Source of the DNA: Phoronis australis
Taxonomy: Eukaryota > Animalia > Phoronida
Length of the DNA: 64,000 bases
Reading direction: 5' to 3'
Assembly (NCBI GenBank): GCA_002633005.1
Contig: NMRA01000951.1
Span: forward strand, 25,947 to 89,946
Shown here: positions 38,001 through 50,900 of the stretch, piece after piece
Layout: each line of letters begins with the position of its first letter
How positions within the stretch are numbered: position 1 is the first letter of the stretch
Made by a program: the position numbers and the translations under genes
Notes under the pieces: generated by a model
What the model saw: the letters and a program-made list of their open reading frames with translations, nothing else
Databases searched by the model: none
What the model was told of the DNA's origin: nothing

Positions 38001-41000
38001 AACGAGCAACCTCTGAGTTGGTGTGGTCGCATAAAATTGTTCTGCCTTTATAAGGAATTAGAATGTCCTCCGGATGCTTCGTAGCCGGGCTGGGTTTACT
38101 CCGCCAAGTTGTTTCTATATGAGCGAACAACTTGTCTCGAGCATTTTGAAGTTGGAAGCAACAGAAATCGATGCAACCTTCATAGAAATCGTTAGTGTCA
38201 AAAAATATCGAGTCTATTCTTTTAACAACCAAAACATCCACTGGACTTAATTCACGTAAAAAATCAACAAATGGGTAAATTGAGTAATAATATCGTACAA
38301 TTACATGCTTATAGCCTCTGTACCGTGAAACTTTGTCCGAGGAACCGGTTTCTTCTGTTGTAATTCCTGTCGGTAATAAGCTCAGCAGTTCGTTTTGCTG
38401 TGACTTACTGCAATACATGACTAGTCTCAAAAGTGTGACAATTGAAATCATAACTTGTAAATTGCACGCGCCTTCCTCCGTTAAGATACCCCTGGAATTC
38501 ATTTCACCAAGGATGTCCCAAGTGTTGTTACTGTCCAAACCGTAAAGTGTTTTGAATAGGCTAATCACGACACTTGGTAATCTGAACATTTCCCTCTTAA
38601 TATCGTGCACTTTTCCTGTGCCCGTATGGAAACTAAGTTCCGGAAAAATGTCATTCAAAAGTTCGTGAATTTCAGTTAGTGTTTTCATCTTTATTTTTTC
38701 TTCAGCTTTGTGCTCTGCTCTAAGCAGTGTGAACTCTTTGAAAAGGTCGTCAGCATTTGCGCTACACCATAGTTTCACTGTTGTGGTCAGGACACGGTCA
38801 AATATATATCTATCGTTCTTGGCGGTCTCATATTGGCAAATCTTGGCCAGGTTTTGAGGAGTCCTTATTAGCTCTATCCCCGGTCTTCCTGGCTTGTCCG
38901 GTCGTCCTAATGGTGTCTTGCAAGCGAACGGGAGAGCACTGTCGAACTCAAACCCGCGAGCTACTACGTCATCTACGAACCAATTTCCACCTTCAGTGTC
39001 GCAATCATTGAGAGATTTAATGCTCATGGTCCGCAGATAGGTTTCACCAATATTTAGGACAAACAAATGCACAAGCCTAACTAGGTTCCTGAAATACTCA
39101 AGATCTGCGGTGTCATCTTCCACAAGGATTGCCCATTCCAAGTCTGAATACGGTGTTGCTTCTCCCCTAGATAAAGACCCCATAGCTATGGCTACGTATT
39201 CTTGTGGAGGTGGTCCAAGGATTTCCTGTCCCTTCGTAATGAGGTATTGATCCAGTGATATCATCCCAGTGCAAACGTCTTTAAAAATACTTCGCGTTTC
39301 TTCAACGAAAACCTTTTCCAGTTCTTTCCGCTCATATTCCGGAGCCTTTAAATTAAGATCGCGGCCAAAATTCTGCAATAGTTCAACCGCACGCAGCGAA
39401 ATTCTGCTTCTGATGTTTTCTAATTTTTCTTTAACTTCCACCTTATAATGTATCGGTAGTTTGTTTACAGGCAACGACAGTACTTCACAGAATGCAATTT
39501 CATTTTCTTTTAATAGTGCTTCCAGCTTTTCTCTGTAAGAGCTACTCTTTGTCCTCAGTAACGCTGCATTGTAGAGTGCTGACGCAGTAACAAAGTGCTG
39601 AGTGTAGTTTGTTAACAAACCTCGTCTTTTGTAAACATCACCCATTTGTTGGAATATTTCACTGGCTGACATTGATCCACCATCCTTGTTGATGAGAGCT
39701 TTAAGTGATGATGCAAGGCTGGCTTCTGTCGATTCCAGTTGTAATAATTCTGTAAATGTTAAGCGAACAATGTACTTTACAAAATAACCATTCTTTGTAA
39801 GCAGTAGTGGGGTAACAATGGAGTTTCGTTACAGTCCGTGGGGCATGTCAAGCTTGGAGCAAAATATTCATTTCTTCATTATTCGAAATATTTATAATTA
39901 GCTTAACTTGAGGAGTTCTCAAGATACCTGTCCTTCTCCGACTATAGAAAGATTCCAAAGTTTGACATGCATGACTAACTTGTATTTGGTGCAAGCTCAT
40001 GACTATGGTTGGGTACAGACGGCCAAGAGTCATGACTATGGTTGGGTACAGACGGCCAAGAGTCATGACTATGGTTGGGTACAGACGGCCAAGAGTCATG
40101 ACTATGGTTGGGTACAGACGGCCAAGAAAAGTTTTGACTGATCTCAACAGACTGTTTTGTATTTTAAAAATTGCTGCCTTGAGGTGTTCAGATTTTTAAG
40201 GGAACTCGTAGGTCTGTTGAATGTAGAAAATCTCAGTAGTAAACCGGAACCACTGCATAAGTAGATAAATGAATCGATTTGCGTTTCAATTCTAAAACTG
40301 GTGTACCGATTTCACCCGAAATGAAACTAGCAACACTAAAGAAGTACACTATACAAAAAAATAACTCCCCCATCAATCGGCGCGGGGCCGTGGATATAAC
40401 CTCAGTTCGCGGTCGGGGTCACCAACGACCTGATAGAAACCCGGCAGGTAATGTGCGCGTGATTTTTAATATTCTCACTACTTCCTTTCCAAACTCCTTC
40501 AAGATCTCCTTTGTTAGTAAACATCTTTAAAGGTATCATAGAAATTTGCAACGCCCTTTTTAAACACACAGATATATTTTCCTCCATAGAAACTGAGAAA
40601 TATATCAATCTAAGCTAATCAAAACGGCTTGTCGCGAATATTCTCCGCGTCAACTTTTTCTCCAAGCTACATAGCCTTTAAAAAGACCGCATTAAACATT
40701 TTAAATTGTCCGACTGGATGTTACGTTTGCCGTTCAAAAAGGTGACTTCTTCAAGACCAGCTACCCCACGAAATGGTGCCTTTTTTCTAAGGTTCTCTAC
40801 AAGAGGGTGTCTTTTACGATTTAGTTCCCAATAAAGAGTTTACTTTGGGAGTTAGAAACTCCAATAAAGGTTCTTTAATGTTTTTATAACTTTGATTAAA
40901 AAGACGTCTCTTCATTCACTGTTTCAGACTCAAAAAGAATAAAAAATTCAGCTGTCCCAGAATCCATACGAAAGGGTGACCTTTTTCACGGGAGCGCCCA

Positions 41001-41440
41001 AGAAATGGGTCCACTCTCTAAATGTGCGAGTTGCTCGTCCATCAAAATGTAGTCGAGTGCCTTCTTATAAATAATTCACATCGGAATGCGACACATAACA
41101 ATCTATGCATGGTAATAGCGGATGAAGTCTAGAGGCCGACATTTTTCGCATTACGGCAAAATGATGAATATGGTATTACAACCAGGGGCAAGTGGCTTAA
41201 AAGTTTCGCGCTGAGTAACAACAACGACACCACATTATCGCTCGTCACGTACGTTGCCATCCTTGAACAATGCCTATTGTAGACAATGTCAAAATCAACC
41301 TCATCCAATGCAATGCACAGAAAAGCTGTAACAACTGAAGATGCGATATATTTTGAATAGTTGGTGTTAACAAGGGTTCTCTTACCTATTGACATATCTC
41401 CGGTTGTGGCAACACGTTTTCTGTCTGTATCGTCACTCAT
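35065..41440 (-). CDS. GlnD/GlnE/DUF294-like nucleotidyltransferase plus helical substrate-binding domain plus ~20 x 43-aa TPR repeats, ~1579 aa
   Basis: Stop-free 1535-aa ORF (39672-35065) that extends in frame to an acceptor at 39749. It joins in phase 1 to a small ATG exon 41440-41386 (donor G|GTAAGA). NTase motif GSLSRGEATPYSDLE at 39180-39136; DIKREMFRLP...LLRL helical domain; HPxIAxxLNNIGxVY...ALxYYxxSLxMxKxI(H/Y)G repeats. The large exon is secure; the 5' exon is inferred. Confidence 0.9.
39997..40127. repeat. 33-bp near-perfect tandem repeat, 4 copies
   Basis: (tcatgactatggttgggtacagacggccaagag) x4; reads (TLGRLYPTIVM)n on the minus strand. Confidence 0.95.
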
Positions 41441-43833
41441 TGTTCTGGTCGATGAACGACACCTGAAAAGTTGCTACCAGTTGTTAGTATCGCTTGGCAT
41501 TCATAAGTATGAGGACTTCGTTCTAGTAAAACAAAAACAGAAAGGTTGCAATAGTCCTTGCCTGAACGCAAAGCGAAGACTCGGACAAACAACTTGAAGT
41601 CGTGCATTGTATAAGACTGAAGCCCACAGACGTAATAGGACCGTTTTCACGTAGGAGGGGTGTGAAATATGTGATGAGTAGTTAGCATTTAGCTTTGCCC
41701 TGGGGTCAATGACGATTTTTGTTCTTCCCCAGCCTTAAATGCTTTTTAGTCTCAGAGAGAAGCAACTGTATTAGACCACTTTCATGGGGATAAGTGGCCC
41801 AAATCAAAAGTTTTTTTTGATAAAAGGTGGTCTTACAACAGATTTAAAAGGACACTGCACCTTTTGTTTTGGCAACTCCTTCACCCAAATTAAGCCTAAC
41901 TGGTTCTGATCACATGTAATTATAAAGTTGCTGCATCGTTTAAAGCATAAATTATACAGTTTTGTGTACTTTAAAGCATAATTTACAGTTATTTCACCTA
42001 AAACAATTCCTCACTGTGTCACAACTAATGTGTGACCCTGTGGCAAGAATACCATCTTTGCTCATAAAACTTCTTCCAAACTACGGTTGGCGAGATTCAC
42101 AGAGTTGTTTCAAAGATTTATGGGGTCTAGGCAGCCACTTAAGTTAAGCTAAAACAGGGTTCACATTGTACTTTTGAAAAATGCATCTTCCATTTAAATT
42201 ATCCGATGTATGACACCGAGGAACATTGACTTCGTGAGGTCACTAAATTGAACACAAATTAAATAGAAGAAAGGCGTTGAGTGTAAATGAGTGACTTTTA
42301 AACAAGTTTCAAACGTTGTTCATAACTAAGTCAAGATACCGAAACCGAAAGCAAAATTCGTCGTAAACCGACCCTTTTCCAAGGGTTGATAACCTTATCG
42401 GTGTAGTGAAGGTGATATAGCTTACGAACCGTGTCTGCGCGTGCTAAGTAACTGAGTACTTGGTTTTGCGCCCTTCACAAATTTGGTCGAAATTCGACAA
42501 GTTCTGCTCCCAAGTCACGTTATGCAGCCCCGAGTGCTGACTTGATCGACGTCATTCCGTGGTGAAAGTCAAAGCTATAGGTTCTTTTGTCCCCGTCTCG
42601 GCGATGTTGTTCACAAATTACATGTCATGATACCCACTTAGCACTATGAAAACATAGCCATGCATTAACACAAGTTAAAGAATAAAAACATGTCTTTGAA
42701 TACAGTATATACATGCACTCTTTCAATCCTGTTCAGCTGCAGGTAAACTTATGGCGTTCCGGAAACGGCAATGTTAACCTGCTTGAGCCTTCAGAGGGGT
42801 ATTTACTCAATATCACCATTCTCCCGAAAGATGGCACTCTGAAAGAGTGTCGATTTTTGTATTTTTATTCGAAACTGTCGGTGGTTTTGCTGTTCGTCAG
42901 TTTATTAACGCAGGAAGAGGGCGGGATTATCTGTATCTCCAAAGGTACACCTGATAAAAGCATAGAAACCTAGGCATTTATACCGTTCTATGACAAAGGT
43001 AATCATCGAGACCTGGCCGGCCTACTATACCTTGCTAAGTGACGTTTTAATTTGCAGTGGGTGATAATTTAAAATCTGCATTGGAAAAAATACCGGACAA
43101 AGATCATTTTAAGAAGAAATGTTAACCATATCCGCGAGTGCAACTGGAAGGAATCCTACGAATTACATCAAAGAAAAAAGGCCTACCGGCACAAATTGGC
43201 GCAACTTGAGGATGGCGACACGTTGTGCAGCACGGACAATTTGGGGTCTTCTGAAACTATATGGTTTGAAAGTAAAATCGGCAGTTAGGAATTGATTCCT
43301 TTGGTTTTGACAAAAAATGTAGGATTCTAGACATATGTCCAAATTTGGCCAACGTCGGAACGTCATATTTTAGGCCGGAAATGACTGTTCGGCGAGATTC
43401 ACTTGAAAACAGAGGCGATAGTTCATAACATCAAACGATTGTACAAAAAGCTGGAATTATTCTTGGAATGTCCCACTGTGTATGAGAGTTCATCAAACTG
43501 GAATTGAGGATTTTTATAAAACGGAAACGAAATGATATTTTAGAAAACTGTAACAACATTTTTTTCATCGAAATATAGTCATGTTGATATCGTGGTTTTG
43601 TTATAGACGTACCTTTCTTGCTAAATTTCACTGAAAGACATGGTCAATTTATGTCAGATTGCTAAAAAGTCAAAAATAGAATTCCAACTGAAATTTATGC
43701 ATTTACTGAGTAATCTATAGTTTTGTAGATATTTTTCTAACAGTTTGTCGGTAAGGTCCTATCTAACCTCAAGATTTTGAGAGAACTTTTAAAAATACAG
43801 AGTTAGATAACATGAAACTCTATACTCTCCAGA

Positions 43834-44258
43834 CATACATGCCCCGGCCGGCTGCGCAATGATAGAAATTGAACGGGTTGCCGCGGCGGCCTGAGGACTG
43901 GCTAGATCAAGCCCGTTCAAATAAGTTAACATTCATGGTATGTTTTCAGTGTCTCCTATCTCGAAAGCCACGTGTCTTACGGTGTCCATGGTTTTTGAGC
44001 CGGACGATCTTCATGCGTGCACCCACCCTAAAAACTAAAAAAACAGGGGTGCTCGAATGTGGACCTTTTACTAAGATTCACGGGGTACGATGATAAGAGC
44101 TGTGAATTGTGCATTCGCCAAATTTTGATAATTCCTTCCTTTTTAGTGGACTTTTGTCTCGTTTTCTATTTTTTTTTCGGAATTTCCGTTTCTCTTTTTG
44201 CCAACTTCGCCAAATAGGGGAGCTCGTTCGAGCCCCCCACCCCCTGGGTGCGCGTATG
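43834..44258. mobile_element. MITE with CATAC...GTATG termini
   Basis: The right end ctgggtgcgcgtatg matches the termini of the 46365-46501 element; the left end catacatgccc is degenerate. Confidence 0.4.
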
Positions 44259-45885
44259 ATCTTCAACGCCAACATCATCGCTTATCGATAATTCACATTA
44301 GCAAGACGTATTTGGGACCAAGATAGTGTTTAACACGAAAAAATGTTATAAGAAAAGACTTAATTCTTAAACATTGGGTTCAATAGTAGGTAATAGTTGG
44401 AAGCAAAAACATTTTGGAAAAACAAGATAAAATGATAGGTCCTGGTGTCATACTAGTGTCATCACGGGATAGCCGAGTTGACAGTAGAGTATAATGCTGC
44501 TATTTCTGTTCTAAAAAGCCTATTTCAAGCAAATTTACGTCGTAACATTTGTAAATTTGAAACTATCAGAGACAAAAGAAAACGTTTCGGTGTTTATAAG
44601 GGTTGGCCACCGCTAAAATTGGCTATTCGAGAACGGCACATGAATACCGGCTAGAGTTGACAGCGGAAATGGAATCCTATCGATCCGATTTTATGAGAGT
44701 AAAAAAACCCAATTCACTTTTTAACCAGCTAAATAAGGCAAAATACAGCTTTACGTCTTAACGGACATTTCACCGCACGCTGTTTAGGCGTTATGTTTGA
44801 ATTCTCAACCGAAGCGCGTTGAGGTTTTAAAACATTACCACACTCCCCAGATTCTGAAATGTTGCCGAATGAGCCGGTAATTCGAGTCAGACGGACAATA
44901 AGTATATGCGCCAATTTCGAATTCGTAATTTTATAGTTGGCCGACGCCAACTTTTTAAGCATTTTGCTGAGTCGCTGACGGTTTTGACGTTCTTATTGGT
45001 ATCGGAAATCAAGACTCAATAAGTGTAAGGAATATCACGAGACTGGATTTTATGAGCTTAAGTGGCTTAATTCATTTTCCTTCTTTATGGCAACTAAATA
45101 CCGAGGAAATGCAGCTTTAACAATATTAATGAATGTATTTTCAGAAAGTGTAAACCCGTCATGAGTTACTCAAGGAGACAGGTTTAACTCCATTTGAAAA
45201 AATATTCATTGCTTTATTTACCGTAATCGATTTTGCCCAGGGTACGCCACGAGCTATGTTGCAGAGTAAAACAAGATGAGGATTGCGAATAATGTCATTT
45301 ATCATGACGTAAATAGAAAGAACTGAACAAGACAACGCAAGATGGGCATGGAAAAACGCCACCAGCGTGTACAATGAATAGCTCTGAAAGATGGAACCAA
45401 AACAAAAGAATTGCCCGGCTGAAGGGCCTAAAGAAAAAGCACAGAACATAAACGCAAAACTTAAAAATACCTAACTAAACAAGACTGCAATATGGGCATG
45501 GAAAAAAGCCATAATGGCAGTATGGGAATACTGACACATAAAAACTTAAGAAAGTAACAACCTTTCTGGGAAACGATAGAATTGCATTCGATGAGTCAAG
45601 AGTGGTCTTGTGCTCCTATTACGAGCGCATCTGAGTACGTGTGTTCTCATTGTTTTGTGCGCTGCGAATAAAAAATCTTAATCAATTTTATAGAACTGAA
45701 CATTATAGATTCTTTTGTTAACTTGTTAACGGTTACTGCTGCGCACAGTAGAAATCGGTTCCATAATATTCAGAGAGACAGCTGGCAAGCTGTGTGCTAC
45801 TAAATCTAAACTTAGGACAAATGAAGCTGCGTGGAGTGTAAGAATAGATTTCATAGCTGCTCGACGAGCAGGCAGCAAACATCTG

Positions 45886-46098
45886 AGCTGGGTTGCATAA
45901 AACTTCAAAATTATCCACTGGATAAGTTTGATTGTTATATGACCGCCAGCATGGGCGGCGCAGCACTGAAAAAAGTGGGGGCTACAGCACCTTATGGTGC
46001 GCCGCCCATGTGACGTCAGGTGCGTTGTTCAACAATAACAACGTGACGCATGATAATGGGACGTCATTGTTGCTACCTAACTTTTATGCAACTGGGCC
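45886..46098. mobile_element. Harbinger-like MITE (CTG TSD) containing a nested 61-bp mini-element (45950-46010)
   Basis: Outer TIRs ..gttgcataaaa / ttttatgcaac.. with ctg on both flanks. Inner perfect 13-bp TIR catgggcggcgca / tgcgccgcccatg with a degenerate ~9-bp TSD. Related sequence at 33383-33500. Confidence 0.7.
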
Positions 46099-46290
46099 CT
46101 GATCAATTATCGCGAGCTTGTAAACGCACTGCTACGTTGTTTGTGGTATAAGCTGGAAAACAGAAAACCATCATGTTTGTAATGACAGGATTGAGGACGA
46201 AATTCATTTCATGCTCAACTTTTCTTTTTACGAAAATTAAAACATACTAATTTTAGTTTTTAAAAAGTTATGGAAATTCTGAGACGGAAG

Positions 46291-46566
46291 AAGTGGCGGA
46301 TTTAGGGGGGGNAAATTCTCCCAGATACCATTATTGGCAGTTCGGGGTGTGAATTGCTCACTAGCATATGCGTGCACCCAGGGGGCTCGGGGGGCGAATG
46401 CACAATGCATAGGCCTTGAACAAACTCTACCTTATTAAGGTCCCCAAACACAAAAATTTGAGACCCTTGCATCCCTACATTTTAGGCTGGGCGCGCGTAT
46501 GTGGCGAAATTCTGGTTATTCCTGTGCCCTGCCCCCCCCAACTCAAAAATCCTAGATCCGCCCCTG
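46291..46566. mobile_element. MITE with a nested MITE (46365-46501)
   Basis: Outer TIRs agtggcggatttagg / cctagatccgcccctg; inner catatgcgtgcacccag / ctgggcgcgcgtatg. Confidence 0.6.
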
Positions 46567-47948
46567 GGGAGATATAGGGATCATACCCAGGTAACTTTTC
46601 CTTTGTATGTAGCTTAATGAGTTACTTGTAAAAGTGCTCTTTACCGATAATGTACAGGGATTGTATTTATTATTTTCATTTAGTTTCTTTGAAGTTTACC
46701 CACCAATACAGATAAAAGAGTAGAGTCAATCCCTCCTGAATACGTGTTTGTATTATTACTATAATTCTTTTGATACCATAACGTCCAAATTGCAAAATTT
46801 TTTGGTCAGATTCTTTTATAGTAGAGATAATATAATCAGACAAGACAGGCAGACCATTTAAAAATTAATAAAGTTTATGTAAAGTTGATTTACAAACAAG
46901 AGGATATACAAAACAAATATGACGAAATACAAGGTCAAAACATCAGAGACAGTTAATGAACGATTAATGAAATATTAAAATACACTTCTGGGATACACCA
47001 GCAAAGCAATGGATACAGACAGTTGCACACAATGTGCTCCATCACCAAATGATGTTAAAAAGTGGAACAAAACACTTAACATGCAAATCCAATTTTGCAC
47101 ATTTATTTTAAATTTCATACACCTCAACTAAGAATGGAGTCGACACTGTGTTCATGGTATGGAAGTGAGTATGAACAGCTACTGCATGGTATTCACTGTT
47201 TGTTTGGTAAAACTAGTCGCATTTCTCAGTACATGGAACTGACCCACCTTTTGAAAATTTGTGGTGTACACAAACATTTGTTCTATTTAAATTAACTACT
47301 ATACGTGGTTCGTCATTCATGTTCCAAGCCCTTTAACCCAAGGGGCAATGATAATTTTTAGGGTAGTGGTGTCACTGGGCTTCCAAATCTGGGCTAGTGA
47401 AAAAGATACTAGTATTCATACCATGCACACCAAAATTTATCTTCCAAGCACTAAAAGTAACCTCCAATCCCATTTTTCTAGATGCTCAGAGTCTCTGGTC
47501 CCAAGTTTGGCAAATGTGGCGGCTAAAATGCAAAGAAAATCAACTTGATCCAGGTACAAAAATCCTCATAGCAACGAGTCCTTACATTTTCTAACAATAA
47601 TCGTGGATCAGACTTTTTGGGTGCATATGCTGATTGATTTTTTTTGTGATTATTGTTAGAGAATTCAATAAAATTAAGCTTTCAAGATTTTTGTACCTAT
47701 ATCACAGGTCATCATTGGGTTTAATTTGATTTTTAACAACTTTAGTCCCCAAACTTGGGGCACCGTAACTTGTAAGTGAATTAGAAAATTAAAACTGGCA
47801 CCTGATCTCAGCGGCACTTCCCCACTCTGCCCATTATATTGACTTCCCCCAAGATTATTAAGAAGACCACCAACTCAGCTTGACACACTGTGACGCCACA
47901 GCCATGAAACCAAGAATTCCATCAACAGTCATTAAGTAGATAAACAAG

Positions 47949-50900
47949 TTAATCTTTGGTGAACTTAGGAAATCCTTTCTTCATATACCACTGGTGTGTG
48001 ATTGGTTGAAAATTGAACACATCTGGGTGACCAAGATGAGGAAGATGAGCAAAGTCCGATGTGCTCCACTGGAAAGGAGGCTGCTGATCAGTGGTGGGAC
48101 CGGCTACGGCACGGAACTGTAGACTTTTGAATAATAATGAACTGGTGAGCTGGAACAAGGGAAATGCGCCAAGATGAAGGCAAGGTAAAATGTCCATCCA
48201 AACACAAACTCATGTCCTTGCTCGATTGTATGGATGGCCAAATGTGCAAAAAACATCAGGATAAAATAAACAAAACAGCATTCAATTCACAATATGGAAT
48301 CAACGAGTTTGGATTGAATTGATGATGTCATATCATTGAATGCCCAAGATAGAATTGAATGGTCGTATGATTGGCATTGACTTTATTAAATACAATTGAA
48401 TATACAATTGATTTTTTTTGCACAAAAGGCAGCCTTTACGATTGCTTCATCTTTTCTTACAGTATATTAAACTCGATACAAAGATGTGCATTGGTCATTG
48501 AGTGTATAATAAATATCACTGCATCAACCATAGCACAAAGAACCTAAAGAACAGGCATTTAATGTTAAGTTTTGAAGGGTGATACCATTTTGTGACCAAA
48601 GCAACCATACCAAATGATCAACTGTTTATTTGTAACACAAGCTGCCATTGTCTGGTAATACCTTTACTCATTGTCAAGTCATGTTTACTGTATTAATAAT
48701 GACATGGGAGACAATCACTAATCCATCATCACTCATCACTTCATGCACTATGCATGTATCTGTGGCACTAAAACTTAAACTTAATTTCTATTATTCTCAC
48801 TTTTGATAATGACGATGTGGTTATATATACACACCCAATCAACAATAAATGGTGTTCACAGACACCTTGTAAGGTGTTTGAAAGTTGTTTTAATCCATGC
48901 AAAGCCATCTACACCATTTCGTAAATAACTTTTGGTATGCTCAGCCGAAAAATGGTATACAACTTTGTACATCCAGAGAAACACCTGTCTACACTGTCTG
49001 ATTAGTCATAAATGTCAGTCATCCATGGAGTTATACGGAATAATTATTGATGGAGTCATAATAAAAACCAGAGTGTGTAGGCTTAACTAGACTCTACCTT
49101 CATATCTGTCCCACCATGTTCTCGATGACCCAAGGCGTGGATTGGATACGTGCCAGTGGCTGGATTGAGATCACAGCGTGCCGAGATACCATTCTCAGCG
49201 CTGAATGGAGGTGTACAGTTACATCGTGCTAATGGATCATTCTTGAAATCATTGTACCTGAGAGGTTCAAAAAACTTTGGATTAAAACAAATACTGGGAA
49301 ATGTTTCATTACAACAGAGGGCAGTAGCAGCACTTTCATTAATATGAACACATGAAGCAGGCCATGAGCAGTTCTAGAAAATTATTTTAGGTGGTGAAAA
49401 GTTTATCTGGGTTTAACAAGACATTTCATCACTGGAAAAAAGACGATTTTGGCAAAAAGTGACATGACAAAGTCAATGTCTAACACTGCAAGCTGATTTG
49501 ACCTCTTGAGGACTATCCGTATATTAAGGCATACTAGGAGGGGAGATGTGGTGTGGAGATGAAAACAGGGAAGCAGGGTGTTCAAGGTCTGGTGATGTCA
49601 TTAATTGTTATAAATAGCGGACAGATGAAGTTGAAGAACACAAATTGTATGAGGACAATAGAATATGTATGTTTAGAGAACATGGCCCAGTCTCCAATCT
49701 CCGTACTCAGACTCGATTCATACTCAAACTCAAACTTCATACTCAACTCGAGTACAGACTCAGCTTTGGTGTATTCAATGTCATACTCGAAAAATCTGTT
49801 CTCAAAATTTCGAGCACATACTCAATTTTCGAGTATACTTGAACTGAAGTGTATCCCATCTATATTTCGAGTACGATTTTGAGTAAAATTCCAAGTATAT
49901 GCTCCAAATTTCAAGTTTGGTCTGGCAGTGTGCTTGAAATCATACTCGAAAATAAATACGAGCGAGAGAACAAAATATCGAAAGGCCACCGAGCAACACA
50001 GCAAATCTAAAAAGAGGTAATAGTTTTTGTTTTAAATCTTCTTATTCTTCACCTTATTAACCCACCATATCACTGCATGACTGCCAATTTATAAACTCCT
50101 TCTTACACTACGATTCCTGGCAACAGGCGCATTCTAATCCCTTGTCGGCGAGTCATTACAAGTGTCGAAAGCAGTTGAGGGGAAAGTCGTGTGAGAAGTT
50201 TGTGCTGCCCTTATTTCACTAGGTGTGCCTACGGTGTATAGGGTTTCCAAAAGAAGAAGAGGCGAGGAAAGTTAAAAACACTTTGCTTCCCTGTCAGGTA
50301 CATTTCACATCATAGTTTAGTCATCTATACTTCCTCAATCCCCGAATGGTGTTTGCCGATTTCTAAGTAGACGTCTCGTCCCGTTCACTGGTGAACTCTG
50401 AATGCCTGCACAGGTATTGTGTTTTAACTCACACGCCAAATATCAACTAACTTGAAACATGCCGATAAAATACAAATATACAGTATCAAAGTTTTGACAT
50501 CGGTGTAGGCCTACACAGCAATGGTTCTATGTCAAGACTAAATTAGCAAGAGAGAACAGAGGTTCTTTCTAAGACATTCTCGGGAGATGAGGAATTCAAG
50601 AAGTAAAGCTTAACAATTGTCAAATGTATCAAAGAAATGGTATAAGAATATTGTATTGAAACTGAAAAAATGAATAATAGTAACAGAACACTCAGAATTC
50701 CACGTTATACTCTTGTAGTTGTAGCGACAGCAGACGATAACGTAGTTGCTGGGTTGGTCTATGCCAATAGGGAGCGATGAATGATCAGCACGACTTTGCG
50801 TGGTTTTGCATTTCACATCACAAAGAGTTCCATAGCAACTTGAGTATGAGTGTCAGATTTGAGCACGTTTGGAGTCTACTCAAAATGCGACATTAGATAC

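Noticed and set aside
35391-39011. Plus-strand ORFs inside the NTase-TPR exon
   Set aside because: Antisense shadows of the long coding frame.
35065-39672. Calling the TPR protein kinesin light chain, nephrocystin-3 or an NLR
   Set aside because: The similarity is limited to generic TPRs. No Walker A/NACHT/NB-ARC motif is visible and the N-terminus is an NTase.
35065-39672. Bacterial contamination
   Set aside because: Contiguous with animal genes and MITEs, and it has phase-compatible spliceosomal sites upstream.
39997-40127. 33-bp repeats as a CRISPR array
   Set aside because: Head-to-tail with no spacers, no cas genes, and a eukaryotic context.
41129-41440. Stand-alone 103-aa ORF
   Set aside because: Better explained as a 55-nt coding exon reading through its donor into intron.
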